The position numbers were made by a program, and so were the translations under genes. The notes beneath the pieces are model-generated. The model made no database searches. It was not told the origin of the DNA and was given only the letters and a program-made list of their open reading frames with translations. Positions 28,438 to 38,584 of a stretch of 64,000 nt of DNA are shown in pieces. This DNA is from Marinicella sp. (lineage in GTDB: Bacteria; Pseudomonadota; Gammaproteobacteria; Xanthomonadales; Marinicellaceae): assembly GCA_965230295.1 (NCBI GenBank), contig OZ246001.1, forward strand, positions 2,560,001 through 2,624,000, in the 5' to 3' direction. Within the stretch, counting starts at the first letter, position 1, and every line of letters begins with the position of its first letter.

Positions 28438-30354
28438 ATGGAAAATGATCAAAACATTGAACAGGCTCTGGCCGCAGAAAGGGAAAACTTCAAAACGATG
28501 TTTGAAATGTCAGGTGATGCCAATCTGATTTTTCAAAACAGTGCCATCGTTGACTGTAATCAAACCGTGGTTGAAATGTTGGGTCTTGATAACAAGCAAC
28601 AGTTTCTGCATTCGGATTTTTCAGATTGGTTGCCCAAACAACAGCCCAATGGAGATGATTCGGTTGAATTGATGCAAAAGATGGTTCTCAGGTCATTCAA
28701 AAACATCAACCATAGATTTGAGTGCTTAACCAAACGCAAAGACGGTACGACATTTTGGGTGGATGCGATATTTACCAAGATTAAATACAACGGCACCAAT
28801 GCTTTGTACATCGTATGGAGAGACATCAACAATCAAAAGAAAATGGAGCAAAACTTGATGGCTGCCAGGCATGAAGCTGAGCAAGCCAATCAGGCCAAAT
28901 CTGAATTCCTGGCCAACATGTCTCATGAAATTCGCACACCCATGAATGCCATCATTGGCTTTACTGAATTGTTGGATGAGCAAGTCAATGAGCCACAGTT
29001 GAAGTCTTATGTGAAAACCATCAAGTCTGCTGGTGATACGCTGTTGATGCTGATCAATGATATTCTGGATTTATCTAAGATTGAAGCAGGAAAGGTAAGC
29101 AGTCAGATCATCGCATTTAACCCGCACGAATACTTTGAGGACATCGCTCAGATTTTCACCATCAACACCCAGAAAAAAGGCTTACAATTGGTTTTGGACA
29201 TCAGTAAGGATGTGCCTAATTCTTTGTGTCTAGACATCAATCATTTGCGACAAATCATGTTCAATTTGCTGGGTAATGCCATTAAATTCAGTGAGATGGG
29301 AGAGGTCTTTCTGCGGGTTAAAACATTTGATGCCAACAGCGACCGAACCGGCCTACTGATTGAAGTCGAGGATCATGGTATTGGCATCCCAGAAGAGGAG
29401 CAGGAGTCAATCTTTGAAACCTTTGAACAACAATCAAACCAAGACCGCAATAAATATTCAGGCACAGGTCTGGGTTTAGCCATCAGTAAAAAGTTGGTCA
29501 ATCAAATGGGGGGTAAAATCACCCTAAAAAGTCAAATTGGACGTGGTTCATGCTTCACCATATCCATACCCAATGTACCAAGCGCGTGTGAGGTGCCTGA
29601 AGTTTCCAGGTTGGATGTTGCTGTTGAGCAGGCCAAGGAATACATTTTCGATAAAGCAGTGTTGTTGGTGGTGGATGATAACTACCACAACAGGGCATTG
29701 GTGGCTGAACATTTTGCCAATTCAAAAGTCACTACCCTGCATGCTGAAAATGGTATGGATGCGGTTCATTGTGTGGAAAACCATAAGGTGAACATGGTTT
29801 TGATGGACATCAGAATGCCCATCATGGATGGTTACCAGGCCGCTGAACTGATCAAAGCCAAGCACCCTGATTTACCGATTGTTGCGCTGACTGCTTCGGT
29901 GCTTAAGGATGATCATGAACGCATTCAAAAAGGGCATTTCGATGGTTTCTTACCCAAACCCATCATTAAATTGCGGTTGTTGGAAATGGTGGGTCGTTTC
30001 TTGCCTCACACAGAAGACCTGAAACAGCACAGCGATACACCGGATCAACAAGTGCTTAATGAGACTGAGCTGGCTCAATTGCCTGGGTTATTGGTTTTTC
30101 TGCGTGGGCCAGTGAACAAGGCTTGGGAGTTGGCCATGGCCACCCAAAGCCTCAAAGACATAGGTGCTTTTGTGAAGTTATTGAATGAATCAAAACAGCG
30201 ACTTCATTTACAAACCATTGCCCAATATGCACAAACACTGGATCATCATGTACAAACGTTTGCGGTGATTGAAATTCAACAAGTAATGCAACAATTTAAA
30301 TCCATTGTCACACAGGTTGAAGCGCTTCAATCAGGACATGAGTCAGATGACTAA
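28438..30354 (+). CDS. soluble hybrid sensor kinase PAS-HisKA-HATPase-REC
   Basis: FLANMSHEIRTPMN, NLLGNAIKF, DHGIGI, GTGLGLAI, LMDIRMP; no TM segment. Confidence 0.93.
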   Translation: MENDQNIEQALAAERENFKTMFEMSGDANLIFQNSAIVDCNQTVVEMLGLDNKQQFLHSDFSDWLPKQQPNGDDSVELMQKMVLRSFKNINHRFECLTKRKDGTTFWVDAIFTKIKYNGTNALYIVWRDINNQKKMEQNLMAARHEAEQANQAKSEFLANMSHEIRTPMNAIIGFTELLDEQVNEPQLKSYVKTIKSAGDTLLMLINDILDLSKIEAGKVSSQIIAFNPHEYFEDIAQIFTINTQKKGLQLVLDISKDVPNSLCLDINHLRQIMFNLLGNAIKFSEMGEVFLRVKTFDANSDRTGLLIEVEDHGIGIPEEEQESIFETFEQQSNQDRNKYSGTGLGLAISKKLVNQMGGKITLKSQIGRGSCFTISIPNVPSACEVPEVSRLDVAVEQAKEYIFDKAVLLVVDDNYHNRALVAEHFANSKVTTLHAENGMDAVHCVENHKVNMVLMDIRMPIMDGYQAAELIKAKHPDLPIVALTASVLKDDHERIQKGHFDGFLPKPIIKLRLLEMVGRFLPHTEDLKQHSDTPDQQVLNETELAQLPGLLVFLRGPVNKAWELAMATQSLKDIGAFVKLLNESKQRLHLQTIAQYAQTLDHHVQTFAVIEIQQVMQQFKSIVTQVEALQSGHESDD

Positions 30355-30958
30355 GCCATTGACTTTGGTATGGATAGGGGTGTTTTTGGCAGTGCTGATT
30401 TGGTCTGCCATCAATCCACATGACACTTACACATGGCTTTTGGAAGTTTTGCCAGCCATGGTAGGCGCCTTGGTGTTGTGGTATTTCAGGTCCTCTTGGC
30501 CGATGACCTCGATGGTGTATTTATTGATACTCATCCACTGCATCATCTTAATGGTGGGTGCGCACTACACTTATGCCTTGGTACCTGGGTTTGATCAATT
30601 CATGTCTGGTGTGTGGCCAGAGCGGAATAACTACGATAAATTGGGGCACTTTGCGCAGGGTTTTGTTCCCGCCATGATTTGTCGCGAAGTGGTGATCAGA
30701 CATGCGGTGATCTCATCTGTTGGGTGGCGCCGGTTTTTTATTGTCAGCTTCTGTCTGGGTTTTTCGGCCTTCTATGAATTAATAGAATGGTGGGTGGCAT
30801 TACTCAGTTCTGAAGCTGCAGATTCATTTTTAGGTACCCAAGGCTATGTTTGGGACACCCAGTCGGACATGTTCCTGGCCTTGATCGGCAGTGTCATGGC
30901 GCTGGTGCTCTTGAGTCCTTGGCACGACAAACAACTGAACCAATTGGAGAATCCTTAA
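30347..30958 (+). CDS. DUF2238 (YjdF-like) inner membrane protein
   Basis: TWLLE, GAHYTY, RNNYDKLGHF, YELIEW, FLGTQGYVWDTQSDM. Confidence 0.9.
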   Translation: MTKPLTLVWIGVFLAVLIWSAINPHDTYTWLLEVLPAMVGALVLWYFRSSWPMTSMVYLLILIHCIILMVGAHYTYALVPGFDQFMSGVWPERNNYDKLGHFAQGFVPAMICREVVIRHAVISSVGWRRFFIVSFCLGFSAFYELIEWWVALLSSEAADSFLGTQGYVWDTQSDMFLALIGSVMALVLLSPWHDKQLNQLENP

Positions 30959-31380
30959 TGATTGAAATAATGATTCCTGTTTTCTTACAGGTCATGCTGA
31001 CTTTTGCTATTTTATTTGTATTGGGCATACTGCGCTATCGCAGTGTCAGCCAGCGCACCGTTCACCCAAAAGATTATGTACTGATGACAGGTCAAGACCA
31101 ATGGCCGGTCAACATACAACGCCTGGGACGCTCATTCCATAACCAACTTGAAGTGCCCTTGTTGTTTTATGTCCTGGCTTTGGCTATTTTGGTGACTGAA
31201 GTCCAGGATGACTTGTTGCTCACTCTGGCATGGGTGTATGTGGGTTTGCGTTATGTGCATGCCTTGATCCACATTGTCTATAACAAAGTGGTACATCGAT
31301 TCAGCATATTCATCCTGTCGAGTCTGGTATTGGTGGTGATGTGGGTGTTGTTTTTGTTTGAAATCAACTCAAAGCTATAG
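30958..31380 (+). CDS. MAPEG family membrane protein
   Basis: NQLEVPLLFY, AWVYVGLRYVHALIH..YN. Confidence 0.85.
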   Translation: MIEIMIPVFLQVMLTFAILFVLGILRYRSVSQRTVHPKDYVLMTGQDQWPVNIQRLGRSFHNQLEVPLLFYVLALAILVTEVQDDLLLTLAWVYVGLRYVHALIHIVYNKVVHRFSIFILSSLVLVVMWVLFLFEINSKL

Positions 31381-31410
31381 ATTTGAGTCATCATGCCGAG
31401 CCAATAGAAT

Positions 31411-32313
31411 TCAGGTGTGGCTTAAAATTTGATGAATCAAAGCCTGTCGAATCAATACGCCATTCTTGACCTGATCCAAGATGACTGATTGAGGGCCGTC
31501 GGCCACTTCATCGGCTATTTCAATGCCCCGATTCATGGGCCCGGGGTGCATCACAATGGTGTCAGGCTTGGCCCACTTGAGGGTTTGTTCATTCAAGCCA
31601 TATTGGTCGTGCCATTCTGCAAAATTGATTTCAAGGTCCTTCGCCAGACGCTCTTTCTGGATCCGCAGCATCACCACCACATCTGCTTGGTTGAGTGCTG
31701 CTTGAAGTGAACTGGCTTTGCGGTGTCTTTGCTCGACCGGTATCAAGCCATCTGGTGCAAACACTTGAATTTGAGTGGTGCCCATCAGTTGTAGTCCATC
31801 TAACAGAGAGTTTGCCACTCTGGAGTGTTTGATGTCACCAATGATTGTGACCTTAATGTTTCTGAAGTCTTGTTTGTGTTGGCTGATGGTGTACAGGTCC
31901 AGTAAGCCTTGGGTGGGGTGTTGATGGGTGCCATCGCCGGCATTGATGATGCTGGTTTGGTTGTCCAGCCACGAAACCATGGCTGACTGGATATTGTTTT
32001 CTCGGTGCCTGACGATAAACAGATCGGTTTGCATGGCGTTTAAGGTTAATAAAGTGTCTTTGATGGTTTCGCCTTTCTGGGTTGATGAATGGTCAATGTT
32101 CAAAGCCGTGACATCAACACCCAGGCGTTGACAAGCCATCTGAAATGAAGCCAGTGTCCGTGTCGAGTTCTCAAAAAACAAAGCCACGGCTGATCGACCT
32201 TGGTGCCACTTTTGACGCTCGATTATTGGGGTGCTCTTGATCTTATTCGCGATTGAAAATAGCTGCTCAATGTCTTGTTTGGACAAAGATTTGATGTCTA
32301 ATAAGTGCTTCAT
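31411..32313 (-). CDS. pyrB: aspartate carbamoyltransferase catalytic subunit
   Basis: FFENSTRT, INAGDG.HQHPTQ, GDIKHSRVANS, RIQKER, HPGPMNRG. Confidence 0.97.
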   Translation of the reverse strand: MKHLLDIKSLSKQDIEQLFSIANKIKSTPIIERQKWHQGRSAVALFFENSTRTLASFQMACQRLGVDVTALNIDHSSTQKGETIKDTLLTLNAMQTDLFIVRHRENNIQSAMVSWLDNQTSIINAGDGTHQHPTQGLLDLYTISQHKQDFRNIKVTIIGDIKHSRVANSLLDGLQLMGTTQIQVFAPDGLIPVEQRHRKASSLQAALNQADVVVMLRIQKERLAKDLEINFAEWHDQYGLNEQTLKWAKPDTIVMHPGPMNRGIEIADEVADGPQSVILDQVKNGVLIRQALIHQILSHT

Positions 32314-32735
32314 AGGTTTGTCGATTGGTCTAACCAGGATTGGAGGATGATTTGTGCTGCCATCGCATCGATTTGCGATTTGTGTTTGGCCTTACTTAAT
32401 TGTGATGCCCTTTGATCTTTGAACTGTCTTTCAGCCGCAAAAGAAGTTAATCTTTCATCTACCCAGTGGACGGGTAGCTGGGTATGGTGTTTGACTTTTT
32501 TACTGAAATTTTTTACTTGCCGAGTGATTTCTTGTTCTTCTCCATCCATGTCCAGGGGCAAGCCGATAACAATTTGGCCGATGTTCCATTCGGTGATGAT
32601 GTGCTTCAATTCATGCCAAAATTGAGGGTTGTTTTTAAGGGTGGACAGGGGGTTGGCCACCTGGGTTAATGTTTGTCCTACTGCCAAGCCAATTCGCTTG
32701 CTGCCGAAATCAATGCCCAAAATAAATTCAGGCAT
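32310..32735 (-). CDS. ruvX: YqgF/RuvX pre-16S rRNA nuclease
   Basis: GIDFGSKRIGLAVG, IGLP, VDERLTS, IDAMAA..IL. Confidence 0.95.
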   Translation of the reverse strand: MPEFILGIDFGSKRIGLAVGQTLTQVANPLSTLKNNPQFWHELKHIITEWNIGQIVIGLPLDMDGEEQEITRQVKNFSKKVKHHTQLPVHWVDERLTSFAAERQFKDQRASQLSKAKHKSQIDAMAAQIILQSWLDQSTNL

Positions 32736-33273
32736 GGCCAATGTCGCCACTGAGTTGGTGTGCTTGAATTCCCATCAAGGCCAAAGCCAAGTCCCATTTA
32801 TCCTGTTGGTGGTTAAAGATTAAACTTTCATCGGCAGGACCCAGCAACCATGCATGGTCAGCAATTTCTTGCTCAAGCTGTCCAGCGTCCCAAGTTGCAC
32901 AGCCCAGCGCCATCAACCATCTGGCTTTGACTTTTTGTGATGCAATGGCTTTGATGATGTCTTTTGATGTGGTGAGAAAAACGTTGTCTGATACTTCCAA
33001 AGAACTGTCAAAGTCATGTGCTGATTGGTGCAGAATGAAACCGCATTGGGTGTTGACGGGGCCACCTTCATAGATGGCATGATCAGCACCTTCCAGGGAA
33101 GTTGGTATTTGTAAGCTTTCAAGTATTTCATTAAAGCCCACATCACTGTGCATATTGAGGTTGATCCCCAGTGCACCATGTTCGTTGTGCTCACAGATCA
33201 GGATCACTGCTTGCGCAAAACGTTCATCTTGCATGTCCGGAGTGGCAATGAGCAATTGATTGGTCAGATTCAT
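32728..33273 (-). CDS. YqgE/AlgH family protein
   Basis: LLIATP, ICEHNEHGALG, GGPV, W.AGQLEQEI, GHA C-terminus. Confidence 0.95.
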   Translation of the reverse strand: MNLTNQLLIATPDMQDERFAQAVILICEHNEHGALGINLNMHSDVGFNEILESLQIPTSLEGADHAIYEGGPVNTQCGFILHQSAHDFDSSLEVSDNVFLTTSKDIIKAIASQKVKARWLMALGCATWDAGQLEQEIADHAWLLGPADESLIFNHQQDKWDLALALMGIQAHQLSGDIGHA

Positions 33274-33401
33274 GGTTAAATTTTAACTGATTTTAAGATA
33301 AAAAAATGGCCCGCCAGATAAATTATGGAGGGATGTTGATCATATCTCAGTAAATGGGGGCGTTTAAGCCGATTAAAAGTCTGGTTGTTGAATAGGTCTT
33401 G

Positions 33402-34253
33402 TTATTTCTCACGCAGTAAATGACCTGGCAGGAATTGCCAAGTTCGGGTGATGTAAAGAATGTCTACTTTTTCTTTTGTTTCAGGCAACGGGTCAAACGG
33501 TTGGGCCAGTTGGACAATGTGTTTGGCTGCGTCGTCAAGAAATTTATAGTCTGATGGTTTGATGATTTTAATCTCATGGATGCTGCCATCACGTTTGATG
33601 CCTACCGATAACATCACATTACCGATGAATGATTTTTTCTTGGCTTGTTCGGGATAGTTTAAGTCACCGGTTCGTTCAATTTTGGTTACCCAATTGTTGA
33701 TGTAAGGAGCAAACTCATAAGCTTTGGTTTTACTCGAGACGTATTTGCTGCGTGGTTTCTTGGCATAGCGTTCAATTTTTTTAGCAATTTCATCTTGAAT
33801 TTTAGCCAGTCGTTGTTGCTTGGCCAGTTGTTGGTCTTTGGCCACTTCATTTTTTTTGTCTTGCTGTTTTTTGTTGTTGTGGGTTGGGGTACTGGCTGAT
33901 TGTGTGGTGACGACTTGGGTGTCATTTTGCTTGGTTTGTTGCTTGCGTTGTTCCCGGGTCATTTGTTTGGATTTGCCATCTTCGATGGGTGAGGTGGAGC
34001 TGAATGGGTTGGTCGGTCGGCTTTGTTGGTCCTGATTACCACCGCCTAACTGATTGTTGGCCGCCAAAAAATCTGCTTCATCCGGAGCTTCCAAATTTGA
34101 TTTCTTGGACAAGATAACATCCATACTGTGCACCACATCTGGATCTCGATCGGTGTAACTGAATGAAATGCCTAATATCACCACTGACAAAGCCAATATT
34201 GCCAATGTAAAAGTCATGACATTTTTGTCTTTGTTGGTGATTTTAGGTCTCAT
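33402..34253 (-). CDS. TonB family energy transducer (TonB3-like)
   Basis: N-terminal TM, ADFLAANNQLGGG, W..KIERTG.LNYP, ITRTWQF; located between gshB and yqgE. Confidence 0.88.
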   Translation of the reverse strand: MRPKITNKDKNVMTFTLAILALSVVILGISFSYTDRDPDVVHSMDVILSKKSNLEAPDEADFLAANNQLGGGNQDQQSRPTNPFSSTSPIEDGKSKQMTREQRKQQTKQNDTQVVTTQSASTPTHNNKKQQDKKNEVAKDQQLAKQQRLAKIQDEIAKKIERYAKKPRSKYVSSKTKAYEFAPYINNWVTKIERTGDLNYPEQAKKKSFIGNVMLSVGIKRDGSIHEIKIIKPSDYKFLDDAAKHIVQLAQPFDPLPETKEKVDILYITRTWQFLPGHLLREK

Positions 34254-35194
34254 AAGATTTCTTGTTCAATACAATCAAATAGATCTCCGGCAATGTCTAA
34301 GTCATAAATCTCATCCAATTCTCTGATGCAGGTAGGGCTGGTGACATTGACTTCGGTGAGGTAGTCGCCAATCACATCAATGCCTGCAAACACGATTCCC
34401 ATGGATTTTAATACAGGACCAACAATTTCAGCAATGCGCCAATCATTGCGTGATAGTGGCACACCTTGACCTGTTCCACCTTTGGCCAGGTTGCCCCTGA
34501 AATCACTGGCAGATGGAATTCTGGCCAAAGCATAAGGAACGGCTTGGCCGTTAATGAGCAATATCCTTTTGTCTCCCTGGGTGATGTCTGGGATGTATTT
34601 CTGAATCATGGTGGTTTTGGTGCCATTTTGTGTCACTGTTTCCAAAATCACACTCAAGTTTTTATCTTGGGCACTTGTTTTGAAAATTGAATTGCCACCC
34701 ATGCCATCCATGGGTTTGACAATCACATCCCCCATATCTTTGACAAAGTCTTTAAGAATATTGGCGTTTCTGGAGATGATGTTTTCCGGGGTGCAATCAG
34801 GGAATGATTCGGTGAAAAATTTCTCATTGGCATCACGCAATGCTTGTGGTTTGTTGATGATGTGCGTGGTGTCAGAACTGGCATGTTCCAGGATGTAAGT
34901 ATCCATGATGTATTCCATGTCAAACGGCGGGTCTTTGCGCATCAGAACGACATCAAACTCATGCAGCGAGGTGGTTTGTCGAGGTGCCAAAGTGAACCAA
35001 TTTTGTGGCTGGTCCTGTACCTGAATGACATGGCTATTGGCTTGGGCCCGGCCATTGGCAATAAACAACTGATCAGCGGTTATGTAGTGGCTTTCATAGC
35101 CGCGTTTTTGGGCGGCTAACAGCATGGCAAAACTGGAATCTTTATGGGGTTTTATGGATTCAATGGGGTCCATGACCACAGCAAGTCTAGGCAT
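34250..35194 (-). CDS. gshB: glutathione synthetase
   Basis: VMDPIESIK..KDSS, MRKDPPFD, KPMDGMGG, RGNLAKGG, EVNVTSPTC. Confidence 0.98.
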   Translation of the reverse strand: MPRLAVVMDPIESIKPHKDSSFAMLLAAQKRGYESHYITADQLFIANGRAQANSHVIQVQDQPQNWFTLAPRQTTSLHEFDVVLMRKDPPFDMEYIMDTYILEHASSDTTHIINKPQALRDANEKFFTESFPDCTPENIISRNANILKDFVKDMGDVIVKPMDGMGGNSIFKTSAQDKNLSVILETVTQNGTKTTMIQKYIPDITQGDKRILLINGQAVPYALARIPSASDFRGNLAKGGTGQGVPLSRNDWRIAEIVGPVLKSMGIVFAGIDVIGDYLTEVNVTSPTCIRELDEIYDLDIAGDLFDCIEQEIL

Positions 35195-35589
35195 ATTAGG
35201 GCAAGCATTAATTGTGAATTGTAAGGAATTATAATAAGCTAAAGCGTTGGGTTAAATAGCGTAAGTCAATTTATCCGTAAATAATATCATGGTGAATCAT
35301 AAAAAGTGTGTGTATGAATACCTGCAATTCTCTTCCTGGCTCAGGAATAAGCTGTGTTTTGCTTGATGATTTTCGGACAAATGGTTTAATTTTAATTTGT
35401 TTTTCTGACAGCCAACTTATGTCAGGATTTCATTTCGGGATAAAAAATTTTGGCCAATTAGAAAAATATGTTTTGTAATCGTGTGCAAAATGAGTTATTT
35501 TCTTGAGAATGACATACTTACAAAGGTATCCTCATGAATAGTGTGAATAACATTTCAATACATAAGGCAAAATATAGTTTGGAGAAATT

Positions 35590-35970
35590 ATGAATTTAGA
35601 AGGTTTAAAAGTGATGGTGATAGATGACAGTAAGACCATTCGCCGAACCGCAGAAACTTTATTAAAAAAAGAAGGGTGTGATGTCATCACAGTTGATAAT
35701 GGTTATGAAGCCTTGTCGCAAATTTCAGATTTAGAACCTCATATTATTTTTGTCGACATCATGATGCCTCGTTTGGATGGGTATAAAACGTGTGCATTGA
35801 TCAAAATGAACAGTGAACACAAGTCGACACCAGTTATCATGCTTTCGAGTAAAGATGGGTTGTTTGACAAAGCCAAAGGGCGTGTTGTTGGTGCAGAGGA
35901 ATACCTGACCAAACCATTTACCAAAGAAGAGTTAATTGAAGCCATTGAAAAACACGTTAAAAGAGATTAA
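35590..35970 (+). CDS. pilG: twitching motility response regulator PilG
   Basis: KVMVIDDSKTIRRTAETLL, FVDIMMPRLDGY, SSKDGLFDKAKGR. Confidence 0.96.
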   Translation: MNLEGLKVMVIDDSKTIRRTAETLLKKEGCDVITVDNGYEALSQISDLEPHIIFVDIMMPRLDGYKTCALIKMNSEHKSTPVIMLSSKDGLFDKAKGRVVGAEEYLTKPFTKEELIEAIEKHVKRD

Positions 35971-35975
35971 TTCAG

Positions 35976-36521
35976 ATGAGTAAACAAATCATTAAACCAT
36001 TTGAGCTGTTGCTTGAATATGAAAAAAGAAGTGTATCTCATGCATTGGGAACTGCCGAGGAAGAAACGGACTTGGGTGATTGGTCTGGAATCGGTTTTAA
36101 GATTGGCGAAATTCACTTGGTTTCAGAAGTGGATGATGTCAATGAGGTGGTCATTTTGCCGGAGTTGGTAAAAATTCCCGGGATAGATAACTGGGTGCTG
36201 GGTTTGGTTAACATCAGAAGTAACTTGATCCCAGCCATTGACTTGCGATCTTATTTAACTGGCGAATCAGCCAAATTGACTAAACATTCAAGGATGTTGG
36301 TGATCAATCAACCTGGAGGCCAAGCTGGTTTGGTGGTTGATGAAGTATTTGGTCAAAGACATTTTAAACAAAGCCAATGGGAAGATGTTGAGGGGGAAGA
36401 CGACTCACGCATATATTCTTATTGTGATAAATTTTTCAGCCATGAAGATGTGGTTTGGAATGTGTTTGCAATGGATCAATTGGTCCAAGATGCAAAATTC
36501 CAAAACGCATCCATTAAGTAA
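35976..36521 (+). CDS. pilI: CheW-like adaptor PilI
   Basis: WSGIGF.IG, PG..NWVLGLVNIR..L, GLVVDEVFGQRHF. Confidence 0.9.
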   Translation: MSKQIIKPFELLLEYEKRSVSHALGTAEEETDLGDWSGIGFKIGEIHLVSEVDDVNEVVILPELVKIPGIDNWVLGLVNIRSNLIPAIDLRSYLTGESAKLTKHSRMLVINQPGGQAGLVVDEVFGQRHFKQSQWEDVEGEDDSRIYSYCDKFFSHEDVVWNVFAMDQLVQDAKFQNASIK

Positions 36522-36539
36522 AAAACGAGGTAGAATTAT

Positions 36540-38558
36540 ATGAGCAGTTCAGCTGTAGATTTGGATCAAAGAACTCGAACGTTGCCCCTGTGGCAACTGA
36601 TGGTGCTGGTGATACTGGTATTGTCATTCTTTGGGCATTCATATTGGTTAGCCACAATTGAGTCAGACCGAACAGATCATTTGACTGAAACTGACAAAGT
36701 GCGAATTAAGGCACAGCAATTGGCTCAATATGCCAAACAGGCTTCGTCAGGTGATGTTGATGCGTTTGATGAGCTCATCACGGATCGGAGGATCATTGAT
36801 GACACGGTGAGGGCTTTGCGAGATGGTAATGACCAGTACCCGTCCTTGCCCACTGATGTTTTGCCGCGCTTCAATGCGTTGACAGAAAAGTGGTCAAACA
36901 TGAATACCAACGCTTTAACGATCATCAATCAAAGAGATCGAATTGAGGAGTTGACTGACATTTCCGATAAATTTGCTTCAGAAATTCCAATATTACAGGC
37001 CAGTTCTGATGCCGTCGTTAAGCGGTTGGTTGCGATCAATGAAAACAGAAGCTTGATTTATTTAGCCTCACAACAATTGGTATTGGCTGACCGAATGTTG
37101 CGTCGCATGAGCGAGATTTTGAAAGGTGGTGCAGCATCCATTCAAGCTGCAGACAGTTTGGACCGTGATGCCAGGATGTTCCAGGAAGTCATGACGGGTA
37201 TGTTCAATGGTAATGATCAGATCAGAGCCGTGACTGATGACCAGGCCATTGAATCCTTGGGTCGTGTTTATTCTGCTTTCGATAGCGTACAAGCGGATAT
37301 ATCTACAGTATTGGGTGCGATGGAATTGTTTGATGCCCAAACCGCAGCTGCTGATATTGAAATTGATACAGAGTTGTTTGTTGAAGACGCTGAGCAACTC
37401 AGGGAACAGTTAGCCAGCAGAACGCAAAATGTACCTTCAGACATTGTGGGATGGTCAATTGCGGGTTTGTCATTCCTGTGGTTGTTGTGGATCTTCAGGA
37501 CATTGTCAAAAAATGACCGGATTCGGGCAGCTGTTGCGCAAGATCAGAATGAACGAAATCAACAAGCGATTCTGCGTTTGCTTGATGAAATGGGCTCATT
37601 GGCAGATGGTGACTTAACTGTGAATGCGACAGTATCAGAGGACATCACGGGTGCGATCGCTGACTCGGTCAACTTCGCGATTGAAGCATTGAGGTCGTTG
37701 GTGAAAACGATTAATGACGCATCAGTGGGTGTGGCCTCAGCGGCCCAGGAAGCCCAAGCTACAGCGATGCATCTGGCCGAAGCTTCAGAGCATCAGGCAA
37801 CCCAAATTACCAACGCATCTGCAGCCATTAACGAAATTGCCGTTTCCATTGATGAGGTTTCGAAGAACTCACTAGAGTCAGCCGACGTGGCGCAGCGTTC
37901 GGTATTGATCGCACATAACGGCGCTGAGGTAGTGCGAGACACCATTAAGGGCATGAACAACATCCGGACGCAGATCCAAGACACCTCTAAGCGGATTAAG
38001 CGATTAGGTGAGAGTTCGCAAGAAATTGGTAACATCGTAGAATTGATTAATGACATTGCCGAACAAACAAATATTTTGGCCTTGAACGCAGCGATTCAGG
38101 CGGCATCATCTGGTGAATCAGGGCGTGGTTTCGCGGTGGTTGCCGATGAGGTACAGCAGTTGGCTGAAAGGGCTTCCAGTGCGACCAGACAAATTGAGGG
38201 CATTGTGAAAACCATTCAAACCGATACCAATGAAGCGGTACGTTCAATGGAACAAACGACGTCAGAAGTGGTGGGCGGAGCTCGCAAAGCAGAGGATGCG
38301 GGTGAGGCGTTGACCGAAATTGAAACGGTATCGAATGACTTGGCGGAATTGATTCAAAACATCTCAGAAGCAGCACGACAACAATCGGTTGCTGCCACCA
38401 ACATTTCTGGAACGATGAACGTGATTCAAGAAATTACCACCCAAACATCGGCAGGTACACAACAGACCGCTGAATCGATTGGTAACTTAGTGGAATTGGC
38501 GACTGAGTTAAGAAAATCGGTAGAAGACTTTAAATTGCCAGACGACGAATTTTTCTGA
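36540..38558 (+). CDS. pilJ: methyl-accepting chemotaxis protein PilJ
   Basis: Two TMs, NQQAILRLLDEM..LADGDLT, QTNILALNAAIQAA..GE.GRGFAVVADEV. Confidence 0.95.
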   Translation: MSSSAVDLDQRTRTLPLWQLMVLVILVLSFFGHSYWLATIESDRTDHLTETDKVRIKAQQLAQYAKQASSGDVDAFDELITDRRIIDDTVRALRDGNDQYPSLPTDVLPRFNALTEKWSNMNTNALTIINQRDRIEELTDISDKFASEIPILQASSDAVVKRLVAINENRSLIYLASQQLVLADRMLRRMSEILKGGAASIQAADSLDRDARMFQEVMTGMFNGNDQIRAVTDDQAIESLGRVYSAFDSVQADISTVLGAMELFDAQTAAADIEIDTELFVEDAEQLREQLASRTQNVPSDIVGWSIAGLSFLWLLWIFRTLSKNDRIRAAVAQDQNERNQQAILRLLDEMGSLADGDLTVNATVSEDITGAIADSVNFAIEALRSLVKTINDASVGVASAAQEAQATAMHLAEASEHQATQITNASAAINEIAVSIDEVSKNSLESADVAQRSVLIAHNGAEVVRDTIKGMNNIRTQIQDTSKRIKRLGESSQEIGNIVELINDIAEQTNILALNAAIQAASSGESGRGFAVVADEVQQLAERASSATRQIEGIVKTIQTDTNEAVRSMEQTTSEVVGGARKAEDAGEALTEIETVSNDLAELIQNISEAARQQSVAATNISGTMNVIQEITTQTSAGTQQTAESIGNLVELATELRKSVEDFKLPDDEFF

Positions 38559-38584
38559 TTAAAAACGAATAAGTATGCTAACTG

